64,000 nucleotides of DNA from Candidatus Multivoradales bacterium (GTDB taxonomy: Bacteria; Acidobacteriota; Thermoanaerobaculia; Multivoradales; JAHEKO01). Position numbers and translations under genes: made by a program. Of the stretch, positions 28,708-37,858 are shown in pieces; position 1 is the first letter of the stretch; the number at the start of each line of letters is the position of its first letter. The notes under the pieces were generated by a model. It was not told the DNA's origin. It saw only the letters and a list, made by a program, of their open reading frames with translations, and did not search any database. The stretch is taken from positions 2,766,796 through 2,830,795 of the forward strand of contig OZ243123.1 of assembly GCA_965212505.1 (NCBI GenBank), in the 5' to 3' direction.

Positions 28708-29652
28708 TCAGTCTCCTTCTTCCGGGTTGGTCCACTCCGCGAGCTTCTCGGGCTCGCTCAGGTTGTGTGTGCTGGTCGACCGGTCGATCCTCCGCACGAG
28801 GCCGGTCAGGACGGCTCCCGGGCCGACCTCGACAAAGCTCGTCGCACCACCCGAGCCGATCATCCACTCGACCGACTCCACCCAGCGCACCGGTCCGTCG
28901 ACCTGCCGAACCAGCGCTTCACGCGCCTCGGCACCGGTCGATACCGGTCGTGCATCGACGTTGGTCACGACCGGCACCACCGGATCGCGAAAGGTCGTCT
29001 CCTCGAGCAACGGTGCCAGACCGAGCCGCGCCGGCTCCATCAGGCTCGAGTGGAACGGCGCGGAGACCGGCAGGATCAGGGCCCGCTTGGCGCCCCGCTC
29101 CTTGGCGAGCGCTGCGGCCCGCTCGACCGCGCCGCGGTGCCCGGCGACCACCGTCTGTTTCGGCTCGTTGTAATTAGCGACCGCGCAGATCTCCGTGTCG
29201 CTAGAGGCTTCGGAGGCGACCTCTTCGACCGCTGCGGCCTCCAGTCCGAGAACCGCCGCCATGCCTCCCTCCCCCACCGGCACCGCCTCCTGCATCAGCT
29301 CTCCCCGCCGCCGGACGAGACGTAGGGCATCGCCGAAGTCGAGCGCACCAGCCGCAACCAACGCCGAGTACTCACCCAGGCTGTGGCCGGCTACGAGATC
29401 AGGCGCCTTGCCCGCAGCCGTCACCGCCCGGTGAATCGCGATCGATGTCGCGAGGATGGCGGGCTGCGTGTTGGCCGTCAGCTGAAGCTCCTCCGCCGGC
29501 CCCTCCCAACACAGGTGTGTCAGGCCCGGCAACGCCTCGTCGGCCTCCTCAAAGGCCTGCCGGCTCATCTCGTGGGCGTCGGCCCAGTTCTTTCCCATCC
29601 CGACCTTCTGTGACCCTTGGCCGGGAAAGACGAACGCTATCGATCCACTCAT
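28708..29652 (-). CDS. fabD: malonyl-CoA:ACP transacylase
   Basis: 314 aa. FVFPGQGSQ start and GHSLGEYSALV active-site motif. Overlaps plsX by 4 nt. Confidence 0.9.
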   Translation of the reverse strand: MSGSIAFVFPGQGSQKVGMGKNWADAHEMSRQAFEEADEALPGLTHLCWEGPAEELQLTANTQPAILATSIAIHRAVTAAGKAPDLVAGHSLGEYSALVAAGALDFGDALRLVRRRGELMQEAVPVGEGGMAAVLGLEAAAVEEVASEASSDTEICAVANYNEPKQTVVAGHRGAVERAAALAKERGAKRALILPVSAPFHSSLMEPARLGLAPLLEETTFRDPVVPVVTNVDARPVSTGAEAREALVRQVDGPVRWVESVEWMIGSGGATSFVEVGPGAVLTGLVRRIDRSTSTHNLSEPEKLAEWTNPEEGD

Positions 29653-30689
29653 GAGATCTCCTCGACGGGCGCCTGCCCCAGGAGACGATCCTCCTGCTCA
29701 TGGAGCTCAGCGACCTCCGCCTCGATATGGGTATGTAGCTCGGCCCGGGCAAACTCTACGGCGCGGCGGATTGCACTCATGATCGCCTTCGGGCTCGAGC
29801 GCCCATGCCCGATAAAGCAGCCGCCCTGGAGCCCGAGGAGCGGCACTGCGCCGTGCTCCCGGTAGTCGGTGCGCTGGCGCAGGTTGTCGAACGCCGACTT
29901 GGCGAACAGATACCCCACGCGCGTCCGCCAGGTGCGCCCCATCTCCTCCCGGAGCATCGACGACATGAGCGATGCCATCGACTCGGCACTTTTGAGCAGG
30001 ACGTTGCCGACGAAGCCGTCGCAGACGATCACGTCGACCGAGCCACGGAAGACGTCCCGCCCCTCGACGTTACCGACGAAGTTGAGACCACTCCCCTTCA
30101 TCTCCTCAAAGACGGCTCGAGTGATGTCGCTGCCCTTGCCCTGCTCTTCGCCGATCGACATCAGCCCCACCCGTGGTGCGGCAGTGCCCAGAAGCCGCTG
30201 CGCGTAGGCGTGCCCCATGACCGCAAACTGTCGCAGGTGCGCCGCTCGGGAACCGACGTTGGCGCCGACGTCGAGCACAACCGTCCGGCCGGTGCGGGTA
30301 GGGAAGACCGCGGCCAGCGCGGGCCGATCGACGCCGGGGATGGCGCCGATGATCAGCTTGGCCGCCACCATCGCAGCGCCGGTGTTGCCGGCCGTAACCC
30401 ACGCCGTGGCGCGCCCATCGCGCACCAGTTCTGCGCAGATTCGAATCGAGGAGCGCCGTTTCTTGCGAATCGGCGTGATCGGTGCCTCGTCCATACCGAT
30501 CGCCTCGTCCGCGTGGACGATCTCGATTCGGTCCCTGGAGCCGCCGAGTCGAGTCAACTCACTCTCCAGCGCAGACTGCTGCCCGACCAGCAGAATCTCG
30601 GTGCCGTCCTCCTGGGACGCGCGCCACGCACCTTCCACCGCTGAGCGCGGCGCAAAATCACCGCCCATGGCGTCGACAGCTATCTTCAT
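29649..30689 (-). CDS. plsX: phosphate acyltransferase
   Basis: 346 aa. MKIAVDAMGGDFAP N-terminus typical of PlsX. Confidence 0.9.
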   Translation of the reverse strand: MKIAVDAMGGDFAPRSAVEGAWRASQEDGTEILLVGQQSALESELTRLGGSRDRIEIVHADEAIGMDEAPITPIRKKRRSSIRICAELVRDGRATAWVTAGNTGAAMVAAKLIIGAIPGVDRPALAAVFPTRTGRTVVLDVGANVGSRAAHLRQFAVMGHAYAQRLLGTAAPRVGLMSIGEEQGKGSDITRAVFEEMKGSGLNFVGNVEGRDVFRGSVDVIVCDGFVGNVLLKSAESMASLMSSMLREEMGRTWRTRVGYLFAKSAFDNLRQRTDYREHGAVPLLGLQGGCFIGHGRSSPKAIMSAIRRAVEFARAELHTHIEAEVAELHEQEDRLLGQAPVEEIS

Positions 30690-30743
30690 CTTCGGGTGAG
30701 CCCGATCTTAGCGCCCGGCGGCGCAAGGGCCCGCAGCGAGAGG

Positions 30744-30757
30744 CATGGAGGTACCGG
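30744..30757 (-). other. perfect 14-nt palindrome (CCGGCGATCGCCGG) in the rpmF-plsX intergenic region; possible attenuator/terminator hairpin
   Basis: Seen directly in the sequence. Located 20 nt downstream of the rpmF stop on the coding strand. No U-tract follows. Confidence 0.2.
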
Positions 30758-30777
30758 CGATCGCCGGCGAACTCGGC

Positions 30778-30957
30778 TCAGTCCTTCGCTTCCACCACTT
30801 CGCGGCCGCGATAGTGACCGCAGTGGGGGCAGGCGCGATGCGGGAGCTTCACCTCGCCGCAGTTGTCGCAGGTCGAGCTCGACTGCTGCGGTAGGGCGTC
30901 GTGGGCGCGGCGCCGGTCGCGGCGTGCCTTCGAATGTCGTCGTTTCGGGTTGGCCAT
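30778..30957 (-). CDS. rpmF: 50S ribosomal protein L32
   Basis: Internal ATG gives [19 protein letters not shown]… with a C-terminal CxxC…CxxC zinc ribbon. 3 nt from the yceD stop. Confidence 0.85.
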   Translation of the reverse strand: MANPKRRHSKARRDRRRAHDALPQQSSSTCDNCGEVKLPHRACPHCGHYRGREVVEAKD

Positions 30958-30959
30958 CT

Positions 30960-31484
30960 TTAGTCCTCCAGTCCGCGCAGCTCGCGCAGTGCCGACCATC
31001 GCGGATCGGTCGCCGGGTCGAGACAGTCACACGTCTCGCGGTTCCGGTCGACTCCACACTCCGGGCAGAGCCCGGCGCAAGCGTCTCGGCAGAGTGGTCT
31101 CATGGGTACGTTCAGTTGTAGCTGCTCGAAGAGGATGGGTTCGGTGTCCAGGGTGCCATCGGTGACGTAGTGAACGTCCAGGTCTTCCGCTTCGAGTTCG
31201 TATTCGCCTTCTATGGGTTCGTCGCTTTCGGGGACCAGAAGCAAGCCCACCTCGACCGCCACGTGCTCCGAGGAGTCCACCAGACAGCGCTGACAGGTCA
31301 ACGTCTGTTGGTATTCGAGCTTGCCTTGGAGAAGATGTCCCGTTCCGGTCTTGGTGATCGTGCCTTCCCAGGTCACGTCGCCGAGTCGTGCAACCTCTCG
31401 ACGTTCCAGGATCGCCGGCGAGATCTGCCGTTTCTCCTGCCACCGGTAGGGCTCGTCGCCGATTCGATCCAACTGGACTCGCAT
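30960..31484 (-). CDS. yceD: YceD/DUF177 family 23S rRNA accumulation protein
   Basis: 174 aa. C-terminal CxxC…CxxC…C cluster ([23 protein letters not shown]). Conserved position upstream of rpmF-plsX. Confidence 0.75.
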   Translation of the reverse strand: MRVQLDRIGDEPYRWQEKRQISPAILERREVARLGDVTWEGTITKTGTGHLLQGKLEYQQTLTCQRCLVDSSEHVAVEVGLLLVPESDEPIEGEYELEAEDLDVHYVTDGTLDTEPILFEQLQLNVPMRPLCRDACAGLCPECGVDRNRETCDCLDPATDPRWSALRELRGLED

Positions 31485-31573
31485 ACAGCCCCCCTCTGCG
31501 ACTCGAAAAGGCTAAGGGACGGCAGGAGTCGAGTCAAGTCGAGATCCCTCCTTGCCTGCTAATCTCCCCCCGC

Positions 31574-32962
31574 ATGGAGCCCGAGGATCAAGCCGGCCCC
31601 GGCGAAGCCCTGGACGCGCAGCGGCTTCGCCGCGCAATTGCCCGACGATTCCCGCGAACCCGCAGACTCTACAACTGGCTGCGAATTCAGGGCTTTCACT
31701 ACCTCAAGCTCGGCCTCGGCATGTTCAGACCGCGGCGTGCCATCGCCACCGCGCGCTGGCTCGCCGCAGTGGTCGGCACGATACGCGAGCGACAGAACAA
31801 CCGCCGGCTGACGGTCGGTGTCGACGTGACCGCCTTGTGGGAACCGCTCACCGGCGTCGGCTGGTACCTCTACCGGCTTCTCGAAGTGCTGGCAGACGAG
31901 CCGCGAATCCACCTGAGGCTCTACGGCCCGACGGTCGTCGACAGCCCTGATCGTGTCGACCCCTACATGCCGCTCCCGATCGGCTCGTCACTCGAGTGGA
32001 TTCTGCATGACATCCCCGACGGGCTGCTGCTCCCGCGCGGCCTGATCATTCGCCTTCTGCGTCGATTCGAGCCGTTGCTCATCGCCGCCGACGGCAACGA
32101 GGTGATGTTCGGCCCGAACTACTTCCTCCCTCGTCGGTTCCTGTTCGCTGGCGACGCGCGGGTGGTCACCGTGCACGATCTCGGGTTCCGCACGGTTCCC
32201 TGGACCTTGCAGGAGGAGACGCTGAGGGAGTTGACGAAAAAGCTCGAGCGGTCCATCACCGAAGCGAACCGCGTCATTACGGTCAGCCAGGCGATCAAGG
32301 ACGAACTGGTGGAGTATGGCTACGCGACAGCCGACCGAGTCCAGGTCGTACACCACGGGCCGGGACATCTCAGCGACGTCGATCCGGGGGCGCTCCCAAG
32401 CGAAGTTCCCGAGCGGTTCGCCCTTCACATCGGCACCCTCGAACCGAGAAAGAACATCCCGATGTTGCTCGCCGCCTGGCGGCACCTCCGGCAGGCCGGG
32501 CGAGTTCCCGACCTGGTCTTCTGCGGGCGCTACGGTTGGAAGACCGACGCGCTCAAGGCCGACATGGAAAGCGCCGCCGCCGAGGGCTGGGTCCACCACC
32601 TCGGCTACGTGAGTGAGGAGGAGCTGGCGGCCCTCTACAAGCGAGCGGCCCTGGTCGTCTTCCCGTCGCTCTACGAGGGCTTTGGACTGCCCGCCGTCGA
32701 GGCGTTCTGGGCGGGTACTCCTCTCGTCTGTAGCGACATCGCAGCACTGCGCGAGGTCGCAGGCGGTGCGGCCCTCTATGCGCCACCCGATCGACCCGAC
32801 CTGTTCGCAGAGCGGGTCGCCGAAGTGCTCGCTTCTACCGAGACGCGAAACCGGATGGCCCAGGCGGGCGCCGAGCGAGCCTCGAGCCTGAGTTGGCGGC
32901 GCTCCGGCGAGATCACGGTCGACGTCTGGCGTCGGGCGGCGGGTCGCAAGGGGGACGCCTGA
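31574..32962 (+). CDS. glycosyltransferase family 4 (GT1-type) with N-terminal Arg-rich extension
   Basis: GT4 C-terminal signature (…LHIGTLEPRKN…VFPSLYEGFGLPAVEA…). Start taken at ATG 31574. ATG 31721 is an alternative start. Confidence 0.7.
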   Translation: MEPEDQAGPGEALDAQRLRRAIARRFPRTRRLYNWLRIQGFHYLKLGLGMFRPRRAIATARWLAAVVGTIRERQNNRRLTVGVDVTALWEPLTGVGWYLYRLLEVLADEPRIHLRLYGPTVVDSPDRVDPYMPLPIGSSLEWILHDIPDGLLLPRGLIIRLLRRFEPLLIAADGNEVMFGPNYFLPRRFLFAGDARVVTVHDLGFRTVPWTLQEETLRELTKKLERSITEANRVITVSQAIKDELVEYGYATADRVQVVHHGPGHLSDVDPGALPSEVPERFALHIGTLEPRKNIPMLLAAWRHLRQAGRVPDLVFCGRYGWKTDALKADMESAAAEGWVHHLGYVSEEELAALYKRAALVVFPSLYEGFGLPAVEAFWAGTPLVCSDIAALREVAGGAALYAPPDRPDLFAERVAEVLASTETRNRMAQAGAERASSLSWRRSGEITVDVWRRAAGRKGDA

Positions 32963-32979
32963 GCGGCCCCCCACCGACG

Positions 32980-34077
32980 GTGGCAGTGGATCTGCGAGCC
33001 CTCGCCGGACCGACGGACGGAATCGGCTCCTACACCCTGGAGATGATGCGCGCACTCGCCAAGCGCGGCGGCGCTCGCTACCTCGGACTCGCGCATCGGG
33101 AGCTCGGCCGCGCCGATGAACTGCGCGCCGCGGGCGTCGAGGTGGAAACACAGCCCTCACGACTGGGCCTCTGGTGGCAGCAGTGGAAGCTCCCCCGGAG
33201 ACTCGCGCAGCCCGACGTCGACCTCTTTTGGTCGCCACTCAACACGCTCCCCACTCAGCTACCCAAGCCGGCGGTGGTCACCGTCCACGATCTGACTCCA
33301 GTGCTCTTTCCGGAGTCGCACACGCTCAAGCTCAAGGCCTCGGTGCTGCCGTTCCTGCGACGCAGCCTCGATACCGCGAGAGTTGTCGTCGCCGACTCGG
33401 AGTCCACCGCAAACGACCTGCGTCGCTATCGCCCGGCCTGCGCCGATCGACTGCGCGTGGTCTACCCCGGAGTCAGTTCGGTCTACGCCCCAGCCTCCGA
33501 ATCCGAGATCGAGGCCACGCGAGAGGAGCTCGGCTGTTCGAACGGCTACATCCTTTTCGTCGGCACCCTCGAGCCCAGAAAGAACGTCGAGCTGGTCATC
33601 GAGGCATGGGAGGACATGCGCAACTCATCGACTGGCGCGCCGCCGTTGGTTCTGGCGGGCGGCCCGGGGTGGCGTTCCGAGCAACTCCTACGCCGCATCG
33701 AGGAACTTTCAGGGGCCGGCCTCCACTATCTCGGTCACGTGGAGTCACAGCGCCTCGTGCGCGTCTACCAGGCTGCGAGCGTATTCGCCTACCCGTCCTT
33801 CTACGAGGGCTTCGGATTGCCGCCGCTCGAAGCAATGGCGTGCGGCGTGCCGACGGTGGTGTCGAACCGATCGAGCCTGCCCGAGGTCGCTGGCGAAGCG
33901 GCGCTGCAGGTCGACCCGACCGACAGCGAGGAACTCGCCGTCGTCATCCAGAGAATCCTCGCCGACGCCGCGCTCGCCCGCGACCTGGGGGTTCGGGGGG
34001 TGGAGCGAGCCGCCGAGCTGACTTGGGAGCGTGCGGCCACAGCGATGGAAAGCCTGTTCCTCGACTCTCTACAATAG
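32980..34077 (+). CDS. glycosyltransferase family 4
   Basis: GT4 motifs (LFVGTLEPRKN; YPSFYEGFGLPPLEAMACG). GTG start chosen just after the upstream stop. The upstream Arg-rich part of ORF 32893 overlaps the preceding gene. Confidence 0.7.
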   Translation: MAVDLRALAGPTDGIGSYTLEMMRALAKRGGARYLGLAHRELGRADELRAAGVEVETQPSRLGLWWQQWKLPRRLAQPDVDLFWSPLNTLPTQLPKPAVVTVHDLTPVLFPESHTLKLKASVLPFLRRSLDTARVVVADSESTANDLRRYRPACADRLRVVYPGVSSVYAPASESEIEATREELGCSNGYILFVGTLEPRKNVELVIEAWEDMRNSSTGAPPLVLAGGPGWRSEQLLRRIEELSGAGLHYLGHVESQRLVRVYQAASVFAYPSFYEGFGLPPLEAMACGVPTVVSNRSSLPEVAGEAALQVDPTDSEELAVVIQRILADAALARDLGVRGVERAAELTWERAATAMESLFLDSLQ

Positions 34078-34092
34078 GCGCGGAGATCGGTC

Positions 34093-35220
34093 TTGGGCCA
34101 CCACATCGGCATCGACGCTCGCAAGCTGACCGACTTCGGCATCGGCACGTACATCCAGAACCTGATCCGGGCTCTGGCCGCGCGCGACGACGACAACCGC
34201 TACGTCCTGTTCGTGGGCGATTCTCACGAAGGCCTCCTCACCGACCTGCCCGAGAAGTTCGAGCTCGTCGTCGAGCGCTCGCCGGTCTATTCGGTGCGTG
34301 AGCTGGTAGCCCTCTCGTGGCGCCTCTTCCGCATGCGCCTCGACCTCTACCATGCGACCCACTACGTGCTGCCGGCCTATGTGCCGTGCAAGGCGGTCGT
34401 CACCATCCACGACATCATCCACCTCCTCTACCCGCAGTTCCTGCCCGGTCGCCTGGCCCATCTCTACGCCCGACGGATGATCCGCAGGAGCCTCCTGCGA
34501 GGGGATCGCATCATCGCCGGCTCACAGAACACCAAGACCGACCTGATGGACTACTTCCAGGTCAGCGGCGACAAGATCCACGTCGTCTACTATGGGGTCT
34601 CGAAGAGGTTCTCGGAGCGGTTCGACGAGCACGAGCTGACGGAGCGGCTCTCGGCCTTTTCGCTCGAACCCGGCTACGCCCTGTTCGTCGGCAACCCGAA
34701 ACCGCACAAGAATCGCGAGAACGTCGTCAAGGCGTTCGCACGTGCAAGCGAGCTCGGGCCGGCCGACACGCAGCTGGTCTGCGTCGGCGACCGGAAGAAG
34801 CGCGACTTCACGATCCAGGCGCGAGCGGATCAGTTAGGAATCGGCGACCGGCTTCACCTCGTGGGCCACGTCTCCAGCGCCGACCTCCGCGCGCTCTACC
34901 AGGGCGCCTCACTCTTCCTCTACCCGACCCTCTACGAGGGTTTCGGCCTGCCGGTGATCGAAGCGATGGCCAGCGGCGTACCGGTCATCACCTCGAACAG
35001 CTCAGCGCTCAAAGAGGTCGCCGAGGGTTACGCGCAGCTGGTCGACCCCCTCGACATCGAACAGATGGCGCGAGCGATCGCGCAGTGTCTGAGCGACCCG
35101 AACCACTCGGCCGCTCTCGCCAAGCTCGGCCTACGGCGTGCCGAAGACTTCCGCTGGGAACGAACGGCTCAGCGCACCCTCGAGATCTACGACAAGGCGC
35201 TGGCGACCGACGTCGCCTAG
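34093..35220 (+). CDS. glycosyltransferase family 4
   Basis: 375 aa. TTG start. GT4 motifs (LFVGNPKPHKN; YPTLYEGFGLPVIEAMASG). Confidence 0.75.
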   Translation: MGHHIGIDARKLTDFGIGTYIQNLIRALAARDDDNRYVLFVGDSHEGLLTDLPEKFELVVERSPVYSVRELVALSWRLFRMRLDLYHATHYVLPAYVPCKAVVTIHDIIHLLYPQFLPGRLAHLYARRMIRRSLLRGDRIIAGSQNTKTDLMDYFQVSGDKIHVVYYGVSKRFSERFDEHELTERLSAFSLEPGYALFVGNPKPHKNRENVVKAFARASELGPADTQLVCVGDRKKRDFTIQARADQLGIGDRLHLVGHVSSADLRALYQGASLFLYPTLYEGFGLPVIEAMASGVPVITSNSSALKEVAEGYAQLVDPLDIEQMARAIAQCLSDPNHSAALAKLGLRRAEDFRWERTAQRTLEIYDKALATDVA

Positions 35221-35237
35221 GCCGAGGCCCCCGAACC

Positions 35238-36326
35238 GTGAAAGTCGCCCTCGTTCACGATTGGCTAACCGGCATGCGCGGTGGCGAGTTCGTTCTCGAG
35301 GAGATCGCCGCCCTCTTCCCCACGGCGCCGATCTACACGCTCTTCCACTTCCCGGGAACGGTCAGCAAGACGCTCGAGAGTCACCCGATCGTGACCAGCG
35401 GGCTGCAGCACGCTCCCGGTATCGAAAGCCGCTACCGCCACTACCTGCCGTTCTTCCCGACCGCCATCGAGGAGTTCGACCTGACCGACTACGACCTCGT
35501 CGTGAGTGTGAGCCACGCGGTCGCCAAGTCGGTGATCTCAGGTCAGAAGACGTTCCACCTCTGCTACTGCAATACGCCCATGCGCTGGGCCTGGGACATG
35601 GAGCACGTCTACTTCCCGAAACGCACCGGCCCGGTGGCGCGCCTGCGAGCGATGATCCTCTCGCACCTACGGCAGTGGGACGTCCGCACGGCCGAGCGCG
35701 TCAGCCACTTTGTCGGCAACTCGAGTTTCGTGGCCGAGCGCATCGAACGCTACTACCAAAGACCGGCCGACGTGCTGCACCCGCCGGTCGATACCGACTA
35801 CTACACCCCCACCGAGAAGCCCAAGGGCGACTACTGCCTGATGGTCGCCGCCCTCGCGCCCTACAAGCGAGCGGATCTGGCGATCGCCGCCTGCGCGCGC
35901 CTGGGAATCGAGCTCCGGGTTGTCGGCACCGGCCCGGAGCAGGCACGCCTCGAACAGCTGAGCGACGGCACGACAAAGCTCCTCGGTCGCGTGTCGCGCG
36001 AGGAGCTGCGCGAGCTCTACCGCGGTGCACGCTGCGTCATTCAACCTGGCGTCGAGGACTTCGGCATCTCGAGCGTCGAGGCGCTCGCCTGCGGTACGCC
36101 GATGGTCGCCGCCGGCCGCGGTGGAATCTTGGACATCGTAAATGACGGCATTCACGGTACTCTCTACCCGCAGGAGGAGAGCGTCGAAGCGCTCGCTCAG
36201 GCGATTGACAAAACGCTCAACCTGCGTTTCAATTCTCTGGATCTCAGGAAACGCGCGGAGGCCTTCTCCACCCGTCGCTTTGTGGAAGGCCTGCGTGGTC
36301 TGGTCGACGAGAGGATAGAAAACTGA
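35238..36326 (+). CDS. glycosyltransferase family 4
   Basis: GTG start (VKVALVHDW…). GT4 motif LMVAALAPYKR…IQPGVEDFGISSVEALACGTP. The 669-aa ORF from 34317 is an out-of-frame read-through artefact over the previous gene. Confidence 0.7.
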   Translation: MKVALVHDWLTGMRGGEFVLEEIAALFPTAPIYTLFHFPGTVSKTLESHPIVTSGLQHAPGIESRYRHYLPFFPTAIEEFDLTDYDLVVSVSHAVAKSVISGQKTFHLCYCNTPMRWAWDMEHVYFPKRTGPVARLRAMILSHLRQWDVRTAERVSHFVGNSSFVAERIERYYQRPADVLHPPVDTDYYTPTEKPKGDYCLMVAALAPYKRADLAIAACARLGIELRVVGTGPEQARLEQLSDGTTKLLGRVSREELRELYRGARCVIQPGVEDFGISSVEALACGTPMVAAGRGGILDIVNDGIHGTLYPQEESVEALAQAIDKTLNLRFNSLDLRKRAEAFSTRRFVEGLRGLVDERIEN

Positions 36327-36385
36327 TCCACCGCCGCAATCGTCTGACCCAGGCGACCTACTTCGGTAGCGATCTCGTCTGGACA

Positions 36386-37765
36386 TTGGTCGCCTTCTTC
36401 GCCGCCTGGTATCTGCGGTTCGAAGTGGCGGTGTTGCCGATGTCGCTCGTCAATCCGCATCTGCCGGAGTTCGGGCGGTACCTGGCACTCCTACCCTTCG
36501 TGGTGCTTTTGTGGCCAGTGGTCTTCTACTTCCACGGCCTCTACCAGGTGCGCCGCGGGCGCTCTCGCGTGGACGAAGCGCTGAGCGTTCTGGTCGCAAT
36601 CCTGCTCGCCACCGTGCTGCTCTCGGTAGTCATCACCTGGTGGCGGCCCGAGTACCTGCGGGCTGACGGAACCACCGGGCCGTTCACCTACAGTCGATCG
36701 TTCCTGGCACTCTTCGCCGGGCTCGACCTGGTGGTCGTCGTCACCGGCCGCGCCCTCATCCGACGAGCGCTGGCACGACTCCGTCGCAGCGGCCACAACC
36801 TCCGCCGCATTCTGGTCGTCGGCGCCGGCGCCCTCGGCAAAGAGGTGACGCGCAAGATTCGGCACCACGAGGAGCTGGGCTTCGAAGTGGTCGGATTTGT
36901 GGACGACGATCCCGGTAAGGCGCGCGCGTCGTTTGTCGACGTACCCGTACTCGGCACGCTCGCCGACCTCGCTGGCATCCTCTCCGAACAGCGCATAGAC
37001 CAGGTGTTGATCACGCTGCCGCTCGACGCCTACAAGAAGACGCTCCGTGTCCTCGAGACCGTCGCGCGCGAGTGCGTCGAGGTGAAACTGGTCCCGGACA
37101 TTCTCCAGTTCGCCACCCTCCGCGCGACCATGGAGGATCTCGACGGCACACCGGTCATCAATCTGTCGCAGGTGCCGCTTCAGGGTTGGCACAGCATGGT
37201 CAAGCGCGGCATGGACATGTGCATCGCGCTCGCTGCGCTGCTGCTCCTCTTGCCCTTCCTGCCGTTCGTCGCCCTGCTGATCTGGCTCGAAGACCGCGGA
37301 CCCATCTTTTACCAGCAGGAGCGCATGGGCCTCGACGGCCGGCCGTTCATGATCTGGAAGCTCCGCTCGATGCGTGTCAACGCGGAGGCCAGTAGCGGGC
37401 CGGTGTGGGCGGTCGAGGACGACCCGCGCCGCACCGCCTTTGGCAGCTTCCTCCGCCGTTGGTCGCTCGACGAGTTGCCCCAGCTCTGGAACGTGCTCAA
37501 GGGCGAGATGTCGATCGTCGGCCCACGCCCCGAGCGCCCGGCCTTTGTCGACGAGTTCAAGAACCGCATGCCGCAGTACATGCACCGCCACCGCGTCAAG
37601 GCCGGCATCACCGGCTGGGCCCAGGTCCACGGCTGGCGGGGCAACACGTCGATCAAGAAGCGCCTTCAGTATGACCTCTACTACATCGAGAACTGGTCGC
37701 TGAAGCTCGACGTCAAGATCCTCTTCATGACCCTGCGGCACGGTCTGAAGTACAACGCCTACTAG
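36386..37765 (+). CDS. undecaprenyl-phosphate sugar phosphotransferase (exopolysaccharide priming glycosyltransferase, WcaJ/WbaP-like)
   Basis: C-terminal bacterial sugar transferase domain (PQLWNVLKGEMSIVGPRPERP…KAGITGWAQV). N-terminal TM helices. The in-frame upstream sequence LIHRRNRLTQATYFGSDLVW looks like the conserved N-terminus, so the true start may be near 36323. Confidence 0.8.
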   Translation: MVAFFAAWYLRFEVAVLPMSLVNPHLPEFGRYLALLPFVVLLWPVVFYFHGLYQVRRGRSRVDEALSVLVAILLATVLLSVVITWWRPEYLRADGTTGPFTYSRSFLALFAGLDLVVVVTGRALIRRALARLRRSGHNLRRILVVGAGALGKEVTRKIRHHEELGFEVVGFVDDDPGKARASFVDVPVLGTLADLAGILSEQRIDQVLITLPLDAYKKTLRVLETVARECVEVKLVPDILQFATLRATMEDLDGTPVINLSQVPLQGWHSMVKRGMDMCIALAALLLLLPFLPFVALLIWLEDRGPIFYQQERMGLDGRPFMIWKLRSMRVNAEASSGPVWAVEDDPRRTAFGSFLRRWSLDELPQLWNVLKGEMSIVGPRPERPAFVDEFKNRMPQYMHRHRVKAGITGWAQVHGWRGNTSIKKRLQYDLYYIENWSLKLDVKILFMTLRHGLKYNAY

Positions 37766-37858
37766 GTACCCCGATTCGGCAGGAAGCGCACCCGGCCAAC
37801 GAGACGGTCGATCCGTCGTAACTTGTGAGGGCCGGGCGGCGTAACTTGCCGCGGAATC

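Noticed and set aside
31388-31573. Upstream ATG for the first glycosyltransferase
   Set aside because: The encoded 62 aa are Arg/Pro/Ser-rich and extend into the divergent yceD promoter region. ATG 31574 is the more plausible start, and ATG 31721 is also possible.
34317-36326. 669-aa plus-strand ORF
   Set aside because: The first ~300 aa are an Arg/Pro-rich read through the preceding glycosyltransferase in another frame. Real GT4 homology begins at the GTG at 35238.
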